A stretch of 63,728 nt of DNA, counting the filler, from Pseudomonadota bacterium (GTDB lineage: Bacteria; Pseudomonadota; Alphaproteobacteria; Paracaedibacterales; CAIOTO01), in NCBI GenBank assembly GCA_040387495.1. It is 5 parts of 4 records of this genome, joined end to end, with 100 filler letters (N's around TTAATTAATTAA, not from the genome) between each part and the next. Parts side by side here need not be neighbours in the genome. Positions count along the whole stretch, not along the records: positions 17,130 to 44,049 come from JAZKDQ010000012.1; 4 more parts are not named here. One strand, given 5' to 3'. The stretch's first letter is position 1. Every line of letters starts with the position of its first letter. Positions 30,682 through 42,362 of the stretch are shown one piece after another. The notes below the pieces were generated by a model. That model was not told the origin of the DNA, ran no database searches, and worked only from the letters and a program-made list of their open reading frames with translations. The position numbers and the translations under genes were made by a program.

Positions 30682-33600
30682 CTAATAAACACTTGTTCCG
30701 GAATCAGATAATTTCTCATCATTCCCCACAAATGCTTCATATGATTGATCACCTAAAGAGTCTGTAGGACGGCTTCTCGCATCATTGTTCACATAACGTG
30801 CCAAATACCTTGATAGTGACGAATGTTCAGAATTTATTTCCACACTCCTCAAAAAAGATTTGTGTGATGAATAAACTGAAGAATTCGAACTGCCGTTATC
30901 AGGCTCAACATTCGCGTGGTTTGATATTGATGAATGTGCAGAATTTTTTTCGATATCCATCAAAAAGGATTTGTGCGATGAATAAACTGAAGAATTTGAA
31001 CTGCCGTTATCAGGCTCAGCATTCGCGTGGTTTGATATTGATGAATGCTCAGAATGGTTTTTTGTGCTTCTCGGTGAAGGATAGTTTGAAGAAGTCACAC
31101 TAGGGTTGCTGGCATCATTGCCTAAATAACGTGCAAAATACCTTGATATTGATGAACGCTCAGAACCACTTTCTGTAATTCTCGGTGAAGGACAGCTTGA
31201 AGAACTAGAACTATGGCTTTCAACATCATCATCCCTATCGTTTGATATGGAGGAATTTTCGGAATCGCTCTCTCTACTTTGTTGTGGGTCAGAATAGGTA
31301 ATCATTGTTATTTCTGGTGATTCAATAGGTAAAATGTTTCTTCTTGACTTAGCCTTGTTGTAAACACACGTCATCAGTGGCATTCCTACAAAAACAAAGG
31401 CAGCCAATGTCAATCCAGAAATAATAACATAATTCTTAACCGCTGAATTAGAGCTAGCTTTGTCCGATGCCGTTAAAGTAGGTTGTGTAGACGTAAATGA
31501 TGGTATTGTGATGCTAGAGGACGATGGGGCAAAAGTAGGTGATATCCTGACACGTTGATTTGGTGCGGGTGTCGTAACGGGGCGTTGGCTCGGTGTATAG
31601 GTGGGCATTGCTGAATGATAGCTTGGGACTTGAGCCGAACTGGGTGATGGCGTTGGAGAGAACGAAGAATGATATTTTGAATTGGCTGTTGGCATTACAG
31701 TTGTTGTTTCGGAAGGCTTTGATGAAGGATTCTGGCTCGGCTGACCTGCTGTCGTTGGCTGATTCGTCGACTGAAGAGTTGGTTGGAGCAAATGACACGC
31801 TGGGGGCACTAGTCGGGATGCTGGTTGGGTTCGATGAGGGTATTGTAACGGGGATAGCTGTTGGCTTGTGTGACTGGCCAAATGCCGTTGGCTGATCCGT
31901 TGACGGATGCACTGTCGGAGAAAAAGATGCGCTGGGTGAGCTTGTCTGGATTCTGGTTGGGCTTTTAAAGGGAAACGCTGTTGGAGTGTACGTTGGCATG
32001 GCCGATGGATGTGTATAAGCCACACCTGACGTGGAATAATTAGAGATGTCTTGTGCGGTGGACCAAACGTCAGATGGGCCTGCCGCAAGGGCTGTTCTAC
32101 GAACCAAAATAAAATCTAAACGGGCCTGCAAGCTAGGCAGAATATTAGTTTTTAACGTGAGCTCCGAAGGAAGGTTCTTTGGAAGAAACGTATCTGCATC
32201 TAGAGACATGATAACGGTCTGATTACCGATGTTAAATACCAGCTCCAGGTCATTTGTCATTGGTTGCGGCAAAAGAGAGTGACTAAAAATATTGTCTGAA
32301 TTCTTGCTACTAATCTGAATGGCATCATAGGGAGTACCTGCAGCTTCATCCATTTTAATGAGAATCAATGTGGATCTATTTGTTTGTAAACCTAAGCCTG
32401 TCGCATCTCCCATTGCATATAAAACATTATTCTGTATGAGCATCTTTTTGATCTGGCTATTTTTTCCACCTAGAAACGAATAAGCCCAAGAGCCAAAACA
32501 AGCAATCAGTGCTTTTGTATTTCCAGTATCTGTTTGAAGCAGAGTTCCGCCAAAAATAAGCCCGCCAAATCTTGGCTCAATCATTAATGCATTTGCTGTA
32601 TCCAGGAGATTTGTTGGCTTATCAAACATTATTAGTGAATAACTTGACGTGACCGCGCCATCTGTGCCCAGCCCAGCAAAGATTACTCTATTCTTGCTTG
32701 TGTAACCTAACACATACGTCATAAGCTGGTCGTTAAGCATAATTGAATCAACATCCGTGAATGCGGCATCGATCGGATATGTTTTTTCCCATAAGAGAGC
32801 ACCTGAAGTTTGATTGAAAGCTGCAGCCACTGGCAGGTTTAATACGTTGTTGAAACTTATCGCTGTGATTAGGTTACTATCTGGATTAAAATCGATCGCA
32901 GACAATGTATTGTGATGGGAAACCTTGCCCCATTTGAGTTTCTGGTGGTTAAAATCGATACATGTCAACGTGGCAGAGGGATCACTCTGATTGTTTGCTT
33001 GACCTGCCAAAATAACCTCATTACCCATTGCAGATATTGCATGCGTTGTATTCCATGGCAGTTGTTCTGCTGCAACCTGGTGCCCATCCCAATTGGCAAA
33101 ACGAAGGCATTGTTGCCCGCCACAGAGAATCGTTTCTCCGGTTGTGAGGACAGACGTGCTGGTTAAGCTTGACCAAGGTGTTAGGACAGACCAATTGCCT
33201 GGAAGGAAGGGCGCTAGGGTAGGTTCCAACGTAGGTAATGCGCTTGGAATTGGGCTGGGTAAATAAGTAGGTAAATAGCTGGGATTTGCAGATGGACGAT
33301 ACGTGGGTCGATGCGTATGGATGGTTGGCGATTGAGAAGGCTTAGCTGAAGGAAAGCTAATGGGTTGTGCGCTTGGAGCACTGTTTGGTTGATCCGTTGG
33401 TTGCCCAGAAGGTTGCCCAGAAGGTTGCCCAGAAGGTTGCCCGCTTGGCTGACTTGATGGCTGACTTGATGGCTGATCTGTGGGCTGACTTGATGGCTGC
33501 GCACTTGGAGCACTGTTTGGTTGATCCGTTGGTTGCTCCGTTGGTTGAGCGCTTGGCTGACTTGATGGCTGATCTGTGGGTTGATTTGAGGGCTGCGCAC

Positions 33601-36499
33601 TTGGGGCACTGTTTGGTTGCTCCGTTGGTTGAGCGCTTGGAATACTGCTTGGTTGATTAGAAGGCTGAGTGGTTGGCTGCGCACTTGGCTGCGCACTTGG
33701 CTGAGTGGTTGGCTGATCCGTTGGCTGAGTGGTTGGCTGATCTGTGGGTTGATTTGAGGGCTGCGCACTTGGGGCACTGTTTGGTTGCTCCGTTGGTTGA
33801 GCGCTTGGAATACTGCTTGGTTGATTAGAAGGCTGAGTGGTTGGCTGCGCACTTGGCTGCGCACTTGGCTGAGTGGTTGGCTGATCCGTTGGCTGAGTGG
33901 TTGGCTGATCCGTTGGCTGATCCGTTGGCTGATCCGTTGGTTGTTCGGAAGGCTGCACGCTTGGTTGCCCAGAAGGCTGTGCTGTTGGCTGCTCAGAAGG
34001 TTGTACACTAGGGTCATTGGTTGGCTGCACAGAAGGTTCCGATGATGGCTGATCTGTGGGCTGCCCCGAAGGCTGTACACTTGGGTTTCGGATCGGTTGT
34101 GCGCTTGGCTGACCTGACGGTTGTCCAGAAGGCTGCACACTTGGTTGCCCACTTGGAGTGCTGCTTGGCTGCTTCGTTGGCTGCTCTGATGGTTGTGCAC
34201 TTGGCTGATTAGTTGGTTGTGTTGAAGGCTGCGCACTTGGCTGAGTGGTCGGTTGTGCTGAGGGTTGCACACTTGGTTGCTCTGAAGGTTGCGTGCTGGG
34301 TTGTTTCGTTGGTTGCACTGATGGTTGCATTGATGGTTGCGCACTCGGTTTGCGGATAGGTTGGGCACTTGGCTGATTGGAGGGTTGCGCACTTGGCTGC
34401 TCTGATGGTTGATCTGACGGCTGCACACTTGGAACACTGTTTGGTTGATTAGAAGGCTGATTAGTTGGTTGCACTGAAGGCTGTGCACTTGGCTGAGTGG
34501 TCGGTTGTGCTGAGGGTTGCACACTTGGTTGCTCTGAAGGTTGTATAGTGGGTTGATTTGAAGGTTGTGTACTTGGCTGCGTTGAAGGTTGACCTGACGG
34601 TTGTGCACTTGGCTGGTTTGAGGGTTGATCCGTCGGTTGAACTGATGGCTGACTTGATGGTTGAACTGACGGTTGCTTACTTGGGATGCTGCTTGGCTGC
34701 TCCGTTGGTTGGACCGAAGGTTGTGATGTTGGTGAGTGCGTTATAAAGCCACTTGCCGCGCCGTAGATGACATAAGCTTTACCAGCATTGAAAGAGCCGC
34801 CGTATGGGGCGCCAATGAGCATGTCAGCAAAGCCATCCCCATTAACATCACCGGCGCTACTGACTGAATAACCTGCGCGATCACCAATGTTAGCACCTGC
34901 GATGGTAATGCCGCTGTCACCGAGATTGGCACAATTTATATTTGTTGAATTTTTGCGCCCATAAACCAGGTAAGCTTTACCAGGGTTGGAAGAATAGCCC
35001 GGAGCACCAATGAGCATATCCGCATAGCCATCCTTGTTAACATCACCCGCGCTACTAACTGAATAACCTAGTAGTTCGTCACCATTTCCTCCTGTAATGG
35101 TAATGCCTTTATTGCCCAAATTAGCTAAATCTACATTTGTTGAATTCTTGCCGCCGTAAATGAGATAGACGATTCCGGTTTTGTAATAGTACCAAGGAGC
35201 GCCAATAAGCATATCCGCCTTGCCATCCCCATTGACATCGCCGGCATTACTGACAGAACAACCTGCTAGATCACCACTATTAGCCCCCATGATAGTCATG
35301 CCACTACTTCCCAGGCTGGCTAAATTTATATTGACTAACGCACTGTTACCGAAGATAAGATAAACCATACCTGTATTGGAAGAGTAGCTAGGAGCACCAA
35401 TGAGTATATCAGCAAACCCATCCCCATTGACATCGCCGGCACCACTGACTGAATAACCTGTTTGATAGCCAGTCTCGGCACCCGTGATGGTAATTCCTCT
35501 GCCACCGAGGCTGGCCAAATTGATATTCCCTAAACTACTTCCGCCGTAAATAAGATAAGCTTTACCTGTATAGGAAGAATAGCCATGAGCACCAATAAGC
35601 ATATCAGCAAAACCATCACCGTTGACATCACCGGCACTACTGACTGAATAACCTGTTTGATCGCCACTATTGGCCCCCGTGATGGTAGTGATGCGACTTT
35701 CTAATGGATTGGCCAAATCTATATTTGTTGAATTCTTGCTGCCGTAGATGATATAGGCCATACCTGTGTATGAAGAGTAGCCAGGAGCACCAATGAGTAT
35801 ATCTGCAAAGCCATCCTTATTTACATCGCCGGCGCTACTGACTGAGTAACCTGCTCTATCGCCAATTCCAGCACCAGTGATGGTAGTGACGCGACTTTCC
35901 AAGGTATTGGCTAAATTTATGTTCGTGTTATTAGGGCCACCGTAGATGATATAGGCAATACCTGCATTGGAACCATCACCAGGAGCTCCAATGAGCATAT
36001 CCGCATAGCCATCCCCATTGACATCGCCAGCGCTACTGACAGAGTAAGCAGCATAATAACCAGTCCCGGCACCTGTGATGCTAATCCCCTCTGTCGTCAA
36101 ACTCCCTAAATTTAAGTTAGCCGCACATGATTTTTGCACATAGGTAGCAAGACATAGAAAACCAACAAAAAACTGAAAGAATTTCGAAAAAGGTTCAGTA
36201 TAATGAATAGTTTTCTTTTTGTTTGCCGCAACTGCTATTAGCTGTTCAGATGGAACTTCTACATGGCAAATGGATTCTTGAAAAGATGCACACTTTTCTT
36301 GATGCGGATAGGCATTTTTCATTTCAATGAAAGGAAGCGAGCCATTAAATACATTCGTATCATGATATGAATCCATTGCAACGGCTTGACGTATCGTCAT
36401 CACACAAAAACAAAACAGCACAATCGTGGAAATAATTTTGCGGCAGATAGATGTTTTAACAGGCGCACATTGATAATCATAATGTGTATGTAACATCAA
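30682..36499 (-). CDS. Giant FG-GAP (integrin-alpha repeat) surface protein with PSxQ/PTxQ stalk, TM and Ser-rich tail; frameshifted at ~31779-31786
   Basis: Seven GYSVSSAGDVNGDGFADMLIGAP-type repeats, >100 xxQP-type tetrapeptides; ORF 31514..36499 shifts into ORF 30682..32088, which carries the TM YVIISGLTLAAFVFVGMPLMTCVY. Confidence 0.8.
33370..34735 (-). repeat. 12-bp tandem coding repeat (PSxQ) including a 168-bp duplication
   Basis: GGTTG/GGCTG 12-nt periodicity; the block at 33661 recurs at 33829. Confidence 0.9.
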
Positions 36500-36864
36500 T
36501 ATGCTTTCCTGATAGGGTTAGATAATATATATGTGTACGATTTTTTATCTTTACAAGAGGAATTCTTAAATAAATTACTATTTTTTTTACGTTAGAAATA
36601 TTCTAATGCATCTAATTTAAAAATTCCACGACATGCCGTAGAGGCATTTTGGGGGTACGCCCTCGGTTACCTTGATGATGTGAGAGTAAACATTCGATTC
36701 GATTCTTCTTTTGGAATTGTTGTCTTTTTTAAATCTACCGGTGTTTATTTATATGCGTGGTTTTTATTACGCAAGAAAAAATATTTTGTATTGCACAGAA
36801 TTTACATAATATTAACAATTACTGATGTATTATACATTATGTTAATTTAAAGTTTTAAGTTCTT

Positions 36865-38460
36865 ATGTACCTATGGATAATTATATTTTTGCACCTTCTA
36901 TGTATGAATATCTGTAATGCGGCTATTAATACCAACACAATTGAACTCGACACAACCAACACAATTGAACCTGAATTATTTTTAATTGCAGATACTGTCA
37001 ATCTTAACGCTCCGGCGAATGGTGGTATCATAGATGCCCCTCCTGTTATACCGAGCACATTTCAGCTTGGGCCGAATCAAATGAACGATCCGCTAAATGC
37101 ACTATTGCAGATTCAGCTTGGCACCAACGACGATATGATCTATGAAAATTTGTGTTGGCATTATTATTTTGGATTTCATCATTTTGAAATTACGCACAAC
37201 GGCCTATCCCCAAAGCAAACAAAGCTGATCGATAAATTTTACTACAGAGTATCTGATATTTGCACGCTGCATACGCGCGATACAACCCTGGATGAAACAG
37301 GTGCAGATCTGTCGTCATATCAATGGGTGTTAAATCTTACCGATAGGCAGATATTATATCCCCATAAATCGATGGCTGAAATTATTGCTGATAATGCAGA
37401 TCATCGTTCAGTATCTTTTCCTAGCTGCTTATATAACGGTTTTGTGCCGGATGAACCTAAAAAAATATGGCCAAAAACAGATGAGCTGCTGGCATACAGA
37501 GGTGCCATTGGGTTTGACAATCCGGTGAGGTTAACCAACAGTGCAGCGACAGGCGACGGGGTGCACATTTCAACAGATGCACATATCGCGACGTATGCGA
37601 CCATGGAAGAGGCGGCTCCGTATGCAGAGGATATGATACAGGATCAGTTGCCCTTTATGGATGTTATGCGGGAGTCGATTCAACATGCTTTTGTACGTAG
37701 CGAAAAACCATGGGATCATGAATATGTTGAGCCAATTATTCAAAATGAAGATGAAAATATATTAGATCAGTTTATTCAACAGAATGGAATAAACGAGTGT
37801 ATTAGATCAGGATCAAATTATTTTTATGTGAATAATCAAAAGAGTGCTAGCTCAAGCATTGCGAAAGCACATGTAAGCCATGAAATAAATAGAATAATCA
37901 ATTTCCCCCCTCATTGGGTGTTTCATAGTTTAACGAGTGCTATACATGATAGATATCAGAAAGTTTTAAATAAAAATAAATTCAAATTTACATGCGTGCG
38001 AAATCCATATGTTAGGGCCTTATCGATGTACCAGCATCTGATACTTCCGCACAAATCTTCGTATAGAATTACTCTTAATTTAAATGCGAACACAATTATA
38101 ACTTTTAAGGAATTTCTTAATGCTGTAAAAAGGACCCCTATTAAAGAAACTGATCTTCATTTCCGTCCACAATGGTGCCTAACGATGACGCCTCTAGTGC
38201 AATACACTCACATTGTACATCTTGAAAATTTCACAAATGAATTCAGACCTGTTATGGATTATTTAGAATTACCGGGTGAGCCTAATGATTACACATGGGC
38301 TGATCATGCAACAGGGTCATCTGGGAAGCTTTCTGATTTTTATGATCAAGAATGCGTTGATTTGGCAAGAGAAGTGTACGAAAAAGACTTTGATTATTTT
38401 GGTTATGATAAAACACCTTACTTTTATTATCTGGAAAATAGTTCGTTGATAAATTTTTAA
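36865..38460 (+). CDS. Signal-peptide protein with C-terminal sulfotransferase (Sulfotransfer_2-like) domain
   Basis: QKSASSS (5'-PSB-like), FTCVRNPYVRALSMY (3'-PB), HFRPQ, HLENF, VYEKDFDYFGY. Confidence 0.82.
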   Translation: MYLWIIIFLHLLCMNICNAAINTNTIELDTTNTIEPELFLIADTVNLNAPANGGIIDAPPVIPSTFQLGPNQMNDPLNALLQIQLGTNDDMIYENLCWHYYFGFHHFEITHNGLSPKQTKLIDKFYYRVSDICTLHTRDTTLDETGADLSSYQWVLNLTDRQILYPHKSMAEIIADNADHRSVSFPSCLYNGFVPDEPKKIWPKTDELLAYRGAIGFDNPVRLTNSAATGDGVHISTDAHIATYATMEEAAPYAEDMIQDQLPFMDVMRESIQHAFVRSEKPWDHEYVEPIIQNEDENILDQFIQQNGINECIRSGSNYFYVNNQKSASSSIAKAHVSHEINRIINFPPHWVFHSLTSAIHDRYQKVLNKNKFKFTCVRNPYVRALSMYQHLILPHKSSYRITLNLNANTIITFKEFLNAVKRTPIKETDLHFRPQWCLTMTPLVQYTHIVHLENFTNEFRPVMDYLELPGEPNDYTWADHATGSSGKLSDFYDQECVDLAREVYEKDFDYFGYDKTPYFYYLENSSLINF

Positions 38461-38623
38461 TTCAAATATTTTTTATAATAAAAGCGAATTCACATTTACA
38501 TTTACATTTAATATTTGGGATTACTAGATATTTGCGTAAGTCTTTCATATGCTATCAAGTGCTTTAGCAGGCAAATAATTGAGCTTACGCAAAAGATTTA
38601 TTATTCAAGTTAAAAAGACGTTT

Positions 38624-39331
38624 TTAAAAAGCTTCTGGATTTTTCCATAAATATACCCTTTTATGTCCGCCACCATTGTAATCAAGTAATAAATCCATTT
38701 TAAGATTATATGGTGCCTTAGTTAAGTCCAGCGGCCTCCATCCTCCATTTTGTATTTCACCATTAAAATTAGATTGATAAGCTAAATCACTGCTCTCACA
38801 ACAATTTGTAATAAGAACATATCTAAATTTATTCATTTGTTTTATGAATAAATCAATGTAAGATTTATTTAAATGTTGGAGTACGTCCTTAATAACACAT
38901 AAATTAGCAGGCTTGATATCTGTAAAATCACCTGAATATGCTACAAATGTTATGTTAGGTGCTCTAAATTTCTGCGCGTTCATGTCAATAATACTATGCG
39001 CAACATCATACCCAGTATATGTAACATCAGCGCCAATACTTATTAGCTGCATAAATTGCCAATCTCCACAACCGACATCCGATACCGACTTAATATCCTC
39101 TTGGCTAATTAAATCTTGTAATACTTCTCTATATCCCACCGTGTTTTCTGGAAAAGATCCTGGACCAGATCCTCCATTCCATTTATTTTCATCATATATA
39201 TTTTGAAAACAATCAGTTAAACCGGCGGATTTAGCTTGCAGTGACGATATAATAATGCACAGTACAATACTAATAATTCTATAAAAATTCCTGAATACTG
39301 CATTTGTAATTTTAGTATTTTTGTATCTCAT
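38624..39331 (-). CDS. Class I SAM methyltransferase with N-terminal signal/anchor
   Basis: W..GSGPGS, DVGCGDW, YTGYDV, IKDVLQHL, RPLDLTKAPY. Confidence 0.85.
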   Translation of the reverse strand: MRYKNTKITNAVFRNFYRIISIVLCIIISSLQAKSAGLTDCFQNIYDENKWNGGSGPGSFPENTVGYREVLQDLISQEDIKSVSDVGCGDWQFMQLISIGADVTYTGYDVAHSIIDMNAQKFRAPNITFVAYSGDFTDIKPANLCVIKDVLQHLNKSYIDLFIKQMNKFRYVLITNCCESSDLAYQSNFNGEIQNGGWRPLDLTKAPYNLKMDLLLDYNGGGHKRVYLWKNPEAF

Positions 39332-39429
39332 TTTAATTCTCCATTAATTTATTTAAATTTTTAGTTTCCAAAAGGTGTGATTTCTTATTACACAATAGGC
39401 CTCCTAAATTCCTCATTTTCTAATGAACA

Positions 39430-42285
39430 TTATTTATTTGTATTAAATAAGTCTACTTTTGTTTCAGTCAGACTTTTATTGCCAAGAATATTGTTTCGGC
39501 CCCATGAATTCATATGATACCTTCTATAATATGAATTTTTTTCTGGTACAAACAACACGTCATCTTGTTCATTTGTTGAATCTAACAAATCAATCATTAA
39601 CCCAATTGATCCACAAAATAAGTGTTGTTGAAAATATGGATCATGTTTCCACTTATCTTTAAACGTTTTCGATATGCCTTCTGGGTTAAGTAACCTTCTC
39701 AAATATGATCCTGTTATCTTATTATGAGGAGGCATCGCCATAAAATTATGATCTATTGCACCAAAATCGTACATATGAAAGATATAATTATATGAATTAG
39801 CCCAAGTTGAAATGTCTTCGTTAATTTCAAATCCTAAATCCATGTAATAACCACCTATTGCATGAATTAATGACATTCTAAAAATATCGTTGGCATTAGT
39901 GTATCTATTATCAGACATCAGTCTTTCATATATTTCTTTTCCTACAAAGGTTCCAGGAAAATTTTCAACTTCATGTATCTCAAGAAAGGGACATTCTACC
40001 ATCAATCTTTCAATACTTAACGGAATTAGCTTTTTATTATTACACCAAAACATATGACGCCAAGATTTTTGGTGGACACGCATAATTTTCAATGAACTTA
40101 TGTATTTATCTAAAATATAATCTGGTATTTCATTTGGGTTTGTAGTTGATGTATGCCATGACCGAAGATGAAAAAATGGTATAGCTCGATTTCTGATAGC
40201 AACATTATTTTGAGCAATACTATGGCTTCGCATGATTAAGGCATGAAATTTTTCCTGTAAATTTAAAGCATTCAGCCCGCATTGATCATTTGCATAATCG
40301 AAAGAAATGATTCCTGCATCTATGGGTAAGTAATTTTGATCAATATTAATAAAATTTATATTTAATGGTCTTTTTTGTCTTTGTAATGTTTCTACAAAGT
40401 TTGCATCACAATGTTCTTGCAAATAGGGTTCAAGATTAACTTTGTGTATTAGTATACCAAGGTTTCTTTCGTCCGTAAATCCACAAGTACTTGCAACAAT
40501 TGGGTTGTCAACAATTAATTCATATGTTTGGTTAAACTTTTCAAAGTAATCTATCATCATAAAGTTAAAGAAATCTGTTTCGTATTCTTCCCCTCTGAAT
40601 ACAGTTGCGCCATTCCTTTTAATTCTGAATTTAATAAAATCATGGATCGGATGCTTTAAAAATCGTGCTTTGAACTGTATTTTTACAAATCCTTTTTCGG
40701 GCGATATAAGAGAAAATTTTGCCATTTCTTTATCAGTCCAAACGCCGCCTCTCTGACTAACCCAGTTTTCTGTCCATGAAAAACCTTCCAATAAGGCAAT
40801 AGGGCTTTTTAATTGTCTTGGGGTATAAAATTCTCCATAACCTAGATTTCTATAATTTGTTACTCGCGCTTCTTCGCTGTCACGACAAAAATCTGTCATA
40901 TTAAGAATTTTATTTAATTTAAGTTTTTCAAATAAATTATAAAAAGATTGGGTTGATACTCTGTAATTATTAGCTGTGTTAATTTTTGATAAAGCACTAT
41001 CCATATAGTGTGCATCTAATATAACACTATCAAAAGGAAGATTAAAACTTTCGATTTTAACAACATTTTTCCTATTTAATAAGAGAGCAGAATATAGCCA
41101 AAGATCATCTTCTGTTGGGGTCAATTCTTTGAAAAGTGTATAGTTTTGTACTATTTGTGCAAGAGAATTGGGGGGGAATAGCACCCCTGTTACCCCTTCA
41201 GGAACAAGAATGTTAGATGGGCCTAATTTTCTTTCATCTATAAAACCATTCCAACCAGTAAAGTTCCATTCGCAGCATGGGTACACAACGCCTGCGTGAT
41301 GTGCAATTTCTCTAACCTCTTGAGCGATCACACAATCTGGGTGTTCTCTATACCCTGCGATCAGATTTTTCAAGCGATCACTTGGATAAATTATGTCGTC
41401 ATCCACTGCAACCACAGCTGCTTCTGGGAATTTCTGAATTGCTGGAATTACTTTCAAGAAAACCTTCAAATTCTCTGGGCACCAATTAATCTCTAACCCA
41501 CGCTTCATTTGCTGCCTAATAAACCAAGGAACCACACGGCCAGGAAATTCTCCTTCGAACAAATTTAACACAACACGATCAGGCTTTTCTTCTTGTCTTA
41601 ATAATGATTCAATCGCAAGCCATGTTGTTTGCATACGCGCAGGGTAAGATGTTAGTGATATAATCACTTCTTCGTCCCGTTTAACATCCGCTACCCCTGA
41701 TGGCTGTGCGATGAAATCATCCAACCAATTCATGGCCCCAGAAGTCGGAAAATATTTTTGATACAAACGTGCTTGATAAGCAAAATCTTTTACCATCAAA
41801 AACGATAATGTTTCTGGTGACGATATGGTTAATTTAGCTGTATCAAAACTGGAGACAATTTCGCCCACTTCAAAGCCCCAATTCAAAAAACCCGCCTGAT
41901 CACTTGCAGACCACACATCCTTAACAAAGCTTGCCCCCTTAAAATTTACCACACGCTCGGCCCCAGGATCCAACGTTACTTGCTCCGTCAACTCAGCTTT
42001 GACCTCATACGAACCGCTCCGTGTATTAAAATACGTGATTTCACCAATAGTCTTACGTTCACCAGATGCTAACGTTAACGTTTGTTCACTCACAACATTA
42101 AATGTTGCAGGTGCCGCTGTAGAATTTCGAAGACGTAAATCATGTAGTTGAGCATGCTGTAGTGCCTCTAACAATGTAGATGCACTCTCAGCTCTTGATT
42201 CATTCAATGATGCCGACATGACAAACGATGACAGTGAAAAGATGCTGCTTAAAATGCCCGCACGGAAAAGGGTAGTTAAGTTCAT
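39430..42285 (-). CDS. Multidomain glycosyltransferase with signal peptide
   Basis: IISLTSYPAR…VDDDIIYP…DDLW GT-A domain; C-terminal GT32/GT44-like DIFRM..GGYYMD. Confidence 0.78.
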   Translation of the reverse strand: MNLTTLFRAGILSSIFSLSSFVMSASLNESRAESASTLLEALQHAQLHDLRLRNSTAAPATFNVVSEQTLTLASGERKTIGEITYFNTRSGSYEVKAELTEQVTLDPGAERVVNFKGASFVKDVWSASDQAGFLNWGFEVGEIVSSFDTAKLTISSPETLSFLMVKDFAYQARLYQKYFPTSGAMNWLDDFIAQPSGVADVKRDEEVIISLTSYPARMQTTWLAIESLLRQEEKPDRVVLNLFEGEFPGRVVPWFIRQQMKRGLEINWCPENLKVFLKVIPAIQKFPEAAVVAVDDDIIYPSDRLKNLIAGYREHPDCVIAQEVREIAHHAGVVYPCCEWNFTGWNGFIDERKLGPSNILVPEGVTGVLFPPNSLAQIVQNYTLFKELTPTEDDLWLYSALLLNRKNVVKIESFNLPFDSVILDAHYMDSALSKINTANNYRVSTQSFYNLFEKLKLNKILNMTDFCRDSEEARVTNYRNLGYGEFYTPRQLKSPIALLEGFSWTENWVSQRGGVWTDKEMAKFSLISPEKGFVKIQFKARFLKHPIHDFIKFRIKRNGATVFRGEEYETDFFNFMMIDYFEKFNQTYELIVDNPIVASTCGFTDERNLGILIHKVNLEPYLQEHCDANFVETLQRQKRPLNINFINIDQNYLPIDAGIISFDYANDQCGLNALNLQEKFHALIMRSHSIAQNNVAIRNRAIPFFHLRSWHTSTTNPNEIPDYILDKYISSLKIMRVHQKSWRHMFWCNNKKLIPLSIERLMVECPFLEIHEVENFPGTFVGKEIYERLMSDNRYTNANDIFRMSLIHAIGGYYMDLGFEINEDISTWANSYNYIFHMYDFGAIDHNFMAMPPHNKITGSYLRRLLNPEGISKTFKDKWKHDPYFQQHLFCGSIGLMIDLLDSTNEQDDVLFVPEKNSYYRRYHMNSWGRNNILGNKSLTETKVDLFNTNK

Positions 42286-42362
42286 AAAAAACTCCAATGA
42301 TGATTCACTCTGTTTTAATATCTGCCTGCGCATGGCCAGGCTTGCGTTAGTTAGTTCAATGA

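Noticed and set aside
33214..34608. 464-aa alternative-frame ORF and several antisense ORFs in the repeat region
   Set aside because: Shadows of the stop-poor 12-bp PSxQ coding repeat
33370..34735. Possible CRISPR array
   Set aside because: Degenerate in-frame 12-bp coding repeats with no unique spacers and no cas genes
36620..36740. GC-richer intergenic patch as a riboswitch or sRNA
   Set aside because: Only short hairpins and no recognisable family motif
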